DNA of 58,979 bases, filler included, from Sphacelaria rigidula (taxonomy: Eukaryota), in assembly GCA_964200075.2 (NCBI GenBank). It is 9 parts of 9 records of this genome, joined end to end, with 100 filler letters (N's around TTAATTAATTAA, not from the genome) between each part and the next. Parts side by side here need not be neighbours in the genome. Positions count along the whole stretch, not along the records: positions 45,952 to 52,415 come from CAXNAA020019918.1; positions 52,516 to 58,979 come from CAXNAA020019919.1; 7 more parts are not named here. One strand, written 5' to 3'. Positions 48,701-58,979 of the stretch are shown here, one piece after another (the first letter of the stretch is position 1; each line of letters starts with the position of its first letter). The notes beneath the pieces are model-generated. The model saw only the letters and a list, made by a program, of their open reading frames with translations, did not search any database and was not told the DNA's origin. Made by a program: the position numbers and the translations under genes.

Positions 48701-51700
48701 CGGTTGCTATCGAGCCTCGGGTCGGCTTTGTTGCCGTCGCTTCTCTATTGAAATGCAACCGCTTCGTCGCGGTGCTCCACGTCTAACGCCAATTATGTGC
48801 CTGAGGCTACGAGTGCTCGCTTCAGCTAATCGTACGTCATACCTGGCTGCGTCATTAGTTGCATGAACACCTGGGGAAGCGCCTCCTTGATCCTAATTGG
48901 AAAGATTACCCTTTTTGTTTCCTCTACTTTGGTGCTGCCAAGCCCCTCGAGTCCCCCAAATAGTGTCCAGCTTCACCATAAATCTGCTGACTCTTGTGCA
49001 GGATTGAACTGAATATTCGGCTGTCTTCGTCCCAACCCTAATCGTTGAACAGGCCGCTCGTCCTGCGCACTTCCTCCGCAGATCCGTTCGAGGGGAGGTC
49101 CAGTCAGGATTCCCTGTCGTCAGGGCTACCGCTGTTCTCACGCTCTCGACACTATTTCTGTCGCTGACCCCCGCGTGGCCTGAGCCAGGAGATACAACAA
49201 GGTCTGTGTGTGGCGTTGGTGCGTTTCGTACGCCCTGCACCAGACTGCCGTTATCGTCGCCGTCGGAACGCCCGGTTTGTGTACTCCTGTCGTAGCAGAG
49301 AGGATAGTCCCTGGTGCCTGCGTACCCTGAAATTGCGAATCTTCATATTTTCCATATCTCTCGAGAATGCCCATGAGCTCCCGTCCAGATAGGACGCTTG
49401 CGTGGGTCAGTATCCACGCTCGCCGAGGCTCACCAATCTGTGCACTTGTGAGGAGATACGTGGCCATGGCGCGCTTCCTCACCGTGAACCGTTTTGTGAG
49501 GCAAGACATTTCTCACGAGAAATTATGACGGGAGTGAGCAGACGAGTGACCCGCTCGGGGCGTCGCTCGTAATAGGAAGCCTCATGCACCGGGTGCGTTG
49601 TCGCGGGAAGTTGTAGGCCTGTCATGGCCAGTTGAGACCAGGTATCATTTATTTGTGTAATTAATTCACCCATATTTGTCCACTCACACACACATGACTC
49701 GCACTGAAACCAACTCTGAATCAGAACTAACACACCACGAAAACCACTGAATCAAGTGGGGTAGTCATTCCTGGGGAAAACGCTCATACAAAATCATACG
49801 TCATAGTCCCATCTTTTTGGAACAACCAAAAATCACACATGAATGCACAGTGGGCACCCGTTTCATACTCCTCAGTTTCCATGATGACATTCGAGAAACA
49901 CACTCAACCTGCCGATACTCGAATATGTCAAAAACGCACTATTCTCATGGTAACAAGATGCTGTTGTCTATGTGAAATTCGATCCAACATTCTGTCTACA
50001 ACACGGTCTACATCAGGCAAGTGTCTACAGTCAACATTACCAGTGACCGAGATATCATTCCACTGAACAATAACATGATTCCTCGAAATAGTATACAAAA
50101 TGAAAACTTGCAGTAGTGTTGTGTGTAACACTTCCCCTCGAGTTCGAGAACGAAATTCAAATTCAAATCGAATCAATTCAAGTTCAAATCGCTCAAACTA
50201 GAGGTATGCTAAAATACAAAAATTTATAGATTTCCCATCTGTCCCAACATAAAAACACAAGACATCTCCTGTTTGTATCACTCTGTATCCTAGAAAAACA
50301 ACATTAGCCTCCCTGATGTCGACCATCTGTCAACTGCCTAGAATAGTTGATATAACCCACATCAGTGAAAACTCGCAAGCTTGGATTCTCTTCATGTCAG
50401 AACATGAAAAAATCTCTTTCGAACCTCGTTCACTTCATAGACCCTAGAATATCCAGAGGCGATTTATGTACCAGGACGTTCGTGCATTTCACAACGACTT
50501 GTACTGCTTATACCCTATCGGGGAGAAACTCGGAACATAAAACCAAACTCTGTAAGCACTAAAAATATTGTAACCAAAATCAGCGGTTGATCAGTCCACT
50601 TTATTTCGAACCGCTGATCTTTGATGCAAATTTCGCTCGTTTTCCGGCCCGATAAATTCACAAAATCGTCAAACTCATCGTCCCACTCTTGAAATACTTT
50701 CTCTTTCACAAACCAATCAATCCCTGTACACCAAAGTCCAAGTGCATGGAAAGAAGTCGAATAAGAAGTTACTCTGCATAAACAGTACACTCACCCAAAT
50801 ATAAGGACGGATATTACTCCTTGAATAAACGCCACACCCTGGAGAGAACAGAATATAAATTACTCCGTATTGAAACGCCCCCCCGATTCAATATTACCTA
50901 TTGATTTTCAGGGAGTATTGCTTCCAGGTAGTACATGAAAACATAACATCGATGATCCCAGAGTCAATTATCGTGAGTTATCCTGGTGCATAGTCAGTCC
51001 CGCATGTTGAACGGCGAGTGGATAGTCAATTGTTTAGTGACACCCAAGACTAACAACCGTTCCACTCTCGGAAGTATACTCGAGATTGAGTCCACCCCAT
51101 GTTTTTTCCGCAATTGAAAATGTCCAACCCAAAATTCAGAGCCGAACCAAGTTGTCCAAAAGGTTTTAGCGCGGATCGCAATATATCAAATTCCCTCTCG
51201 AAATCCATGACCGACGGATCAAATTGTCCAAAATACCCCGCCGTGGATCATCCCATCACATGGGTTTTCTCCCAAAATAATCCGCAGTGGATAACCCCAT
51301 CACATGAGTTTTCTTCGTTTTTGAATTACCCGAAAAGAGAATCATGGAGGAAGCAAATAGTCAATCCCCCCCCCATTATTTTCTTTCTCGATCGATAATT
51401 CCAAAATCATCGCAATCATGTGAACGATCAAGTTTTAAAAATCATAACCAAACTACGGTAGTACTTCGTAGGGCGTAGGGAACAAAAAGTAGAACAATCA
51501 AACAAAAAATGCAACCACGGGACGTTTCACATGGTTGGCATGTCACGTTGCTGCGAACAACGAAACGAAAATACCCCGACTCAAATTCAAACTCCCAAAC
51601 AAAATCAAATGATAAAACCTAAATTCCAAAGCGTGTTTGGTTCCTGCCTTGGCTCCTGCTATGTCCCCCAAGCGGTTGTGTTGTCGTCGCCCAGGCCGCG

Positions 51701-52415
51701 GTCGCTGTTTCGGTTTGGTTCTTGCGGTGTCGCGGTTTGGGCTTCGTCATTGTTTTGTGCACATCCGCCTGGGTTCGAAAGCAGTTGCCTCGCTGTACAA
51801 ATTGGCTCGCAGCACCGGGGGCAGGGCACGCGTGCGGGAAGAAATAGTCGCAGAAATAAGTCTTCCGTTGTATTTTATGCAAAAAGGCAAAAAATATTCG
51901 AAATCATCGTACATCCATCATATCAAAGATGAAATTCCTCCCCCATAAACCCATGCGCCTTTCCTCGCAACGCCGTCAAAAACAATTCACAGTGTCATGT
52001 CGTGTATACACAAAATCCGCCCTAACGGTCGACAAGGGGAAGGGACTGCGCTTATAACTTCCCTCGCGATAAATAATATGAGCAAGCATCGCAGAAGGTG
52101 GAGTACTTAAAACAAACAAGGAAGAAAAACGAATCCTGTGTTGACCCTCATTTCAGACTCCAGCTAGTGTGCCCTCATATACCGAAAGGTGTAGACTGGC
52201 GTCCAGAATGGATGGGACGACAACTCACACACGCAGTAGTAGTACTGTATCTTGCTGGTGTCATGAGGAAGGAAGATAGAGAGGCGTCATTTGTTCCTTC
52301 AGACAGTTTTGGGGCAGGTTGGCTCACAGATCACTCGATCCAGCCATGGGAATGCTTCCAAAGTTCTGGGAAAGGTTGATGTACAGGCTGCGTTCTAGGG
52401 AAGATTAGTGTGCAG

Positions 52416-52515
52416 NNNNNNNNNNNNNNNNNNNNNNNNNNNNNNNNNNNNNNNNNNNNTTAATTAATTAANNNNNNNNNNNNNNNNNNNNNNNNNNNNN
52501 NNNNNNNNNNNNNNN
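52416..52515. other. Artificial contig-joining spacer
   Basis: N44-TTAATTAATTAA-N44. Confidence 0.98.
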
Positions 52516-52743
52516 ATGTCGTGGGTACACAAAATTCGACTTCACGGTCGACGAGGGAAAGAAACTGCTGAACCCCTTTTGCGGTAGAAAATAAAGGCAA
52601 GCACCGCAGAAGGAAGGTGGGGTTCTAAAAAGAAAAAAAACGAAAAAAAAGCCCCTGTGTTGACCTTCCTTCTCTGTGATCCCGGCTGATGCGCCCACAT
52701 ATCCCGAAAGCGGTACACTGGCGCCCAGAATAAATGGGACGAC

Positions 52744-52775
<32 letters not shown>
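52516..52775 (+). mobile_element. SINE 3' part with (CA)n tail, same family as 13797-14180
   Basis: Shared body sequence and terminal (CA)n. Confidence 0.75.
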
Positions 52776-52776
<1 letters not shown>

Positions 52777-52934
52777 GTGGACACATATAATGTGAGGCAG
52801 TCATAGTCATACTCCAGAAAATATCTCATGGCCTAATATCATTATGCAAAGTTCATATCCAAACCTCCATGCACCAACCTGCTGCTCCTTATGCACCTGT
52901 ATGTGTACTAGAGGTGGACTACTCTACAGAGGCC

Positions 52935-54290
52935 ATGCTAGCGTCGTCGGCGTAAAGCATGGCCCAGAGCACTTTGCTATGTTCGTCCCTGGTTTTCCCG
53001 CCCCTTTCAGAGATTCAAATGAAATCTTGAATCACCGCTTTATTGATCAAGAAGCGGTGGAACGTTACCGTTATCACCGCCGCGATAAAGATGTTGAACA
53101 GACCGGGGGAAAGTACAATACCTTGGCGGAGGCCTTGGTCTACGTTAAACCACTCAGATATCTCGCCGCTGTCCAGGCTTATGTATGTCCGCATACCGTC
53201 ATGAAATCGGCAGATGATGGAAATTGCCTCGGCGGGTTTATCATAGCGTGCTAGAAGTTTCCAGAGAATAGAGTGGCCCACCGAGCCGTACGCTTTTTGG
53301 AGGTCGATGAAGCACATGTACAGAAGAAGATTCTTCTCTCGGGCCAGTTCTTGGAGTCTGCGTACAACGAACATCATGTCGACTGTGGAACCGCCAGGTC
53401 GGAAACCGCATTGCGCTTCCGGGAGGATTTCCTTCACTCGCAATAGGCGCTGAGGCGAGTCGCAGCTATCTCGAGCACCACCTTGCCCGCGTGGGACCCG
53501 AGAGAAATTCCGTGGTGGTTGCCGCATTCGTACGGATCTTGTTTCTTGAAGAGCACCTTGATGATGGTGTCTCTGATTGTTGCGGTACGAATTCCTGACG
53601 CCACACTGTGAGCACGATGTCGTGGAGGCACTTCAGGATGGCAGTCTTTGGTGCGGTCGAGCTCCAATAGTTCGCCACATATGTTGTCCGTCCCAGCAGC
53701 CTTGCCGTTCGCTAGTTTGCCCACCGCTTCCTTCACTTCTGCCATCGAGGGCTCTGCCGCGAGCGGTGTGTGCTCCGGCAGCTGTTCGATGAGATCGATG
53801 ACAGAGCGATCGGCTGTTTGCGACGTTTCGTTCAGCGGTGTCTCAAACCATTCCTGCCATCGTTGCAGGATAGCTTGCTTGTCCCGCAACAGCTCACCAG
53901 TCGCGCTCCTGATGTAGGTTGAGTCGCTCTGTTTCGTCCCTTCCAGATCTAAGAACTTGATATGCTGGTACAGTCCTGCTTGATCCTTTGTGCGAACAAA
54001 GTCCGCGGTCGAGACTGTGGACCCGTGGACGAAGTTTTGCAGCTCGGCATCTATCACCCGGTTGAACGCCTTGTCCACCACCTTCAGTGCCTTCTTCAGG
54101 ACAGCGTCTTTCGGGTTTGCTTGCAGATTCTTCCATACACTTTCCCTGAGATCCCATGCCTTTTGGGGGTGATCCTGAGCTTGAGATGGCTCACTGAAAG
54201 CTCTAGATGGGGTTTTCTTGGGCCATCTAGGGAGCCTTTCCGCGACTGTCTGTCGCGGGGCGTTGGCGAAGGTAGATGCCATGTCGTTGA
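52935..54290 (-). mobile_element. RTE-like LINE reverse transcriptase fragment (frameshifted)
   Basis: [53 protein letters not shown] and WAMLYADD (minus strand near 52940-52965). Confidence 0.93.
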
Positions 54291-54309
54291 CTTACATTAC
54301 TGAGGGGGA

Positions 54310-57110
54310 ATCAGAGCGTTACCCCTCTAAAATTCCCTGAATCAGCCTCGTCTGCATTTTTGAAAAGATTGGCTACTACTCCTTCTCTCCACCTCTTGGG
54401 TGTGTACTCGTCTTCCCATATCCACTTGTATAGCATAACCATCACGGTGATCATTCCCTTCCCCCCGTCTTCAGAAATTCATTCACGCTTTCGTCTGCTC
54501 CTGCTGCCTTTTTGTTGTTGAGATTGGGTACGCACTCCTTTACTTCATCTCGGGTAAAATTCCCCTACAATTCTTCCTAGCCTCTGTTCTCCTGTTTTGA
54601 CGCCCCTACATTTGCTCCTGCCCACTCGTTGATCTCTTTCTCGAATCCCGTGTCGAACTTCGTGTTGGATTTTGGTGTTCCTAGGTTCCGGTAGTGCTCG
54701 ACTAGCACTTGTCCACACCCTGTACAATAGACGGCACCTACTGCAATAGCGAAAGAATCTGCTGCAGTAGATGCCAATATTGCCGTCCATATTGGCCATC
54801 ATCCATCGGTGAGTTTCTACTTCTATTGTCGTCGGCAATGTCTATCGACAGACCAGTGGCCCACACTTTTGTCCTGGCAGCAGTCTGATGTGGCCCTACA
54901 CCGAAACCCTTTGCGGCCGACCAGATATATCGATCGATAGTTTTCCAAATCTATTGATGAGGGCAATTGCTATCGATAGACTGCGTGCCAAATCTACTGA
55001 GGACGACGATGGCTATTGACAGATTGTATACCAAATCTGTTGATGACGACGATAGCTATTGATAAATTGCGTATAGATATATGCATGGTGGCAATGAAAA
55101 TCGATATATACACACCAGATTCTACTGTTGTATACAATGCCTACCGATATATATTCTCTGTTGTCTATTGCCACACCTACATTGCGACATACTACGTATA
55201 GATCATATACTCCGGTAAAGCACGGTAGAGAAGCCGCAGGTGGACGTGCAGTGGGTATATGATGATACCACTTGTGAATATATGACGCCACGTTTCTACA
55301 ATTCCGGAACGCTAATATTTTGTAGGAATTCGCAATATGTGTGGACTAACGTTTACAAGTTTTGTTGGTGGTGTGGTGTTGATATTTATGGTTGTCCCTC
55401 TGATGGACATGAGCGCTCAAAGCATTTTGTTTGTGCGTGGGATGTGCGTTTACCCTGGACAATGGACTATGTAAAACAACACTGGCGATGCAATAACCCC
55501 GAAAACTTGACAGTCAATGTTTTTGTCAATGTCCGTCATAATCCGCTGGCATCAATGTCTATCGACAGCTATTGCAGGCGACAATAGATTCGGGACAAGG
55601 GACAGAACGTATCATTGCCGTGTCAACGGACAGGCCAAGTTGTCTCTCGATGAATTTCTCTTGTTGCAATAGGCTCTGAATTGCGGCCACCAATGTCTAT
55701 TGCATATCACAATAGGATCTACCACGCGGCCACCAGTACATATTGTTGGTGACAAAAGATCTAAATTGCTGCCAGCATTGTCTGTCGAGGGTTGCAATAT
55801 TTTTTGAACCGCGGGCACCATTATCTATTGTTGACCACAAAAGTAGCTTAATGGTGTCAATCACTAGCGCTAGGCATACACATTTTTCGATGTATGTTTC
55901 CACCTTATTCTACAGAAGCTATGTCCAGCTATCGTCTCAGGTAGTTGCGCGTTCATGTGTGGGGGGAATTGCCGTTGATGCCATACTACCACTGCAGTGA
56001 GCGATACATTTTTCGGAACCCATCGGTGGCGTCACTGGCTATCGATAGGTGCTCCCGAGAACAATCGATTGTTGACGGCAATAGCCATACGTTTTTGCCT
56101 AATTTCCCATAATTCCTTTTATCCCTACCCACGTTTGTTTCATCCTGCCATCGGAATCTTCATTTGTTTCACAACTTTCTTCTTTTTCTTCTGTACCATC
56201 TTTTGTACTCATTTTCGGGCTATAGTATACTCCTCTCGTCCTACCGTACTTTTGCTCGACATCCATTTCGCATGGGCCTTTCTCCTTACTTTTCTAGCCT
56301 ATTTCACTTCCTCATCCCACCATTTACCGCTCTGTTGCATACGATCAGTTTCTTCTCTATGACTTTACTTGCTGTGTTCCTGACCAGCGTCTCCTATCCT
56401 TCTGAAATCGTCGCTGCTGTCCAATTTCTTTCCATACCGGTATCAAGTGTACCTACGCGTTTCAACAGTTGAGAACATTCCACTGCATTTTTGGCAATCT
56501 CTCCCTGGAACTGTTGCTGTTTTTCTCCCATATCTTGTTTATCAGTTCTCCATTCGTAGAACTTCCTACTCCGCCTTTTCCTTTTAGCTCCTGTCTGTTG
56601 GCTTTCTGTCCATCATAGACAGTGACCCGTATATCCCACGTCCTCCGCACATACATGTTCCTCCGTTTCTTGACTAATTCCATGCTCTACCACTATATAG
56701 TCGAGAACGGAGCATTCTCTCTCGTCTACGCGGTTTCTAGTCCATGTGCATGGCGCATCTGGCTTATTTACTCTATCGCTCAGCGTCTTCATCTCTTTAT
56801 TCTCAAGGAACTCGAACATTCTTCCCCCATTCTTGTCCTTAATTTCTCCATATCGCCCAATAATTACACCCGGTTGACCTGATTTCCCTACCCTTGCAGT
56901 CAAGTCTCCCACCAGCATTATTTACCTTTGCCTTATACGTATGCACATTGGCTATCTCTCCGAAACTACGCTGGATATCGTTTACCCTACTCTTCGGTTC
57001 GGGGGGGATGTAGATTTTCTCTACGAAGCCCTTCGTTTCGCGCTTTCCTGGTACCCTTATCCATATGCTCTCGTCGTGGGCGGGTGGGAGGAGAGGACAT
57101 GTCAGCCTTC
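54310..57110 (-). mobile_element. Second decayed LINE (APE endonuclease and RT start), interrupted by a ~1.4-kb insertion at ~54680-56090
   Basis: LVGDLTARVG..CSVLDYIVV (APE GDFN and SxIDY motifs) at 56613-56918. WREGVVANLFK..SGNFRGVTL (RT start) at ~54395-54315. Confidence 0.7.
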
Positions 57111-57403
57111 GTTGTTTCTTGTTCGTGCACTTGACGTTTGATGTACGACGGAAAATGGACTGATTATGAAAAGTGCAAACGCTTGCATTAGGTAGAGAGT
57201 GAATGAATCCACTTGAAAGCATGCGAGATGAACCGTGAGCAGAGGTTTGCCGTCCCCCCTCTCTCTACCCCTTGTCTTTGCTCTGTCCCTTTGAAGGTGT
57301 ACTAATGGTGAAGTCTACAGTCATAGAGGAACTATTCCAATCTCCCGCGCCCCTAATCTTCGCACCTGTCGTCTTGTTTCCGTTGTATGCTCGATCCACG
57401 AAG

Positions 57404-57668
57404 ATGGTGGGATGACCCATGTCAACGGGGCTCTTACAGCTTCTTCCCTTTGGGAGCTCAAAGCGACGATATTTTCACAGCGGGACAAGGGGTAGCGTCC
57501 GATGCGTCGGGACTGACTACGGCATCTAACGAAGCGGGTGCTCCGTGCAGAGTGTTTTTGGCGGGCGAAGCGACCAGCGTCGAGTTCGAAGGGAGTATGC
57601 ACGGCGCGTACTTATCCGGGTTGCGTGCGGCGGAGGACGTGGCGTACGCCTTGGGGCTACCACCGTGA
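57404..57668 (+). CDS. Last coding exon of a flavin-containing amine oxidase (polyamine oxidase/LSD1-like family)
   Basis: WWDDPCQRGSYS..VFLAGEATS..GSMHGAYLSGLRAA is the Amino_oxidase C-terminal signature. Acceptor aAG at 57402-57403; stop TGA at 57666-57668. Confidence 0.9.
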
Positions 57669-58009
57669 AGAGTCTCGTGTAGATCGCCGTGCAGACTGTG
57701 AATATCAATATGCCTTCTGGTACTCATGCGTTAGGTGACCCGTGTTGTATGTTTCGACGGTCCACTAAACTAGCTCTGGAGAAGGGTATCGAAACATCAA
57801 TCCAAAGTGCACGTATATTGGTTCGATGGAAAATCAAAATGCGCTCCAGATGTTATCACTTGCTGACATGGGTCGGATGAGGTTTCCGCGATTATTCTCC
57901 TCATTTGACTATCGTGATCGGCATTGAAGTGATTATACATATTGCTTTCTTTTGCTGCACACTATTTCCCTTCCGTGATGGATCGACTGATCATTCAATA
58001 TCGTTTGGT

Positions 58010-58890
58010 TAACTGTGACTCCAGCCGTGGTCACGAGAATAACGCAAACAAGGGATTTTACAAATTGAGGATGAGAACCCGGAGATTTCAAATCTTCGTA
58101 TGCACACCAACTGTTCGAAATATGGCTTCAGTTCTTCACCTTCTGGTAGCTATCGAAAACTACTACACGCCATACGAATTTGAATTGCAACAACCGAGAT
58201 GTTGAGGTCCTAGGTCAAAAACCAACTTTGCGTGACGTGAACAAGTGATTTTACCAATCGGGGACGGATTTTTTAATGGCGATGAGAACCGGGAGAATTA
58301 AAATCTTCGTATCCACACCAAATGTTCGAAATCATTTTTTTACTTGCTGGTGGCTGTTGACAACTACTACACGCCGTTATCACCATTATTATTATTATGT
58401 GCGTCACATTAGTTCGATCTCCCGAACCCGTGGTCACAGAGTGCAAGGAGCACACCACCCATACCGATAAATCAAACGGCCCGCAGTGGAAGGCAAGAAA
58501 CAAAACATCTACACGAAAGAAGAGCATCTACACTACGATAGATCCGCAAAAAACCGTTTGAACTACAGGAGACCTGCATTCTAAACAGTCCGCGCGTGCG
58601 ATCTCTGCATGCCATACGAATTTGGATTTTGACGACCGAAATGTTGGGGTCCCAGGTCGAAAACCAATTTTGGCGCACGATCGGATCACCTGAATTCCCC
58701 AAAATTGGGTCATGACCAAGAACCCCAATATTTCGGTCGTCGAAATCCGAATACGCAAGGCGTGTAGTAGTTGTCAATAGCTACCAGAAGGTGAAAAAAA
58801 TGGAATCATATTCCGAACATTTGCTGCGGATACGAAGATCTGAATTCTCCGGATCCTCATCCCCAATGTAAAATCCATCCCCGACACTTT
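58010..58890. mobile_element. Foldback-like element: two direct and one inverted copy of a ~170-bp unit
   Basis: GATGAGAACCCGGAG..CTGGTAGCTATTGACAACTACTACACG occurs at ~58070 and ~58280, inverted at ~58735-58885, with another copy at ~19140-19335. Confidence 0.75.
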
Positions 58891-58979
58891 CTACGATAGC
58901 CGAGTCAATTTACGATAGGGGGGGGGTATTTGGTTGCACGAAAAACGAGGCTCATAAGTGTGTCAGACATCCTTCCACA

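Overview
This is eukaryotic, intron-rich and repeat-rich DNA, most likely from a brown alga or related stramenopile. That assignment is an inference from the gene style (one TPR per phase-0 exon) and the repeat landscape. The window is not a continuous locus. It is nine unrelated contigs of 6464-6465 bp joined by artificial 100-nt spacers (N44-TTAATTAATTAA-N44), so no linkage can be inferred across spacers. Most of the sequence is transposon debris: a decayed chromodomain-bearing Ty3/gypsy pol, a decayed Ty1/copia, several LINE fragments, a pogo-type DDE transposase fragment, tRNA-derived SINEs, several MITE/foldback families and microsatellites. Host gene pieces include the last exon of a flavin amine oxidase and an exon of an unknown protein. 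The stand-out is a 7-exon gene in contig 2 (7971-12677, 3' incomplete). I reconstructed it from GT-AG splice sites. It encodes a RelA/SpoT-type (small alarmone synthetase-like) nucleotidyltransferase domain with no hydrolase domain, fused to a TPR array in which every repeat is its own phase-0 exon. This architecture suggests a eukaryotic sensor-effector immune protein, analogous to bacterial toxSAS/CapRel and to brown-algal NB-ARC-TPR receptors.
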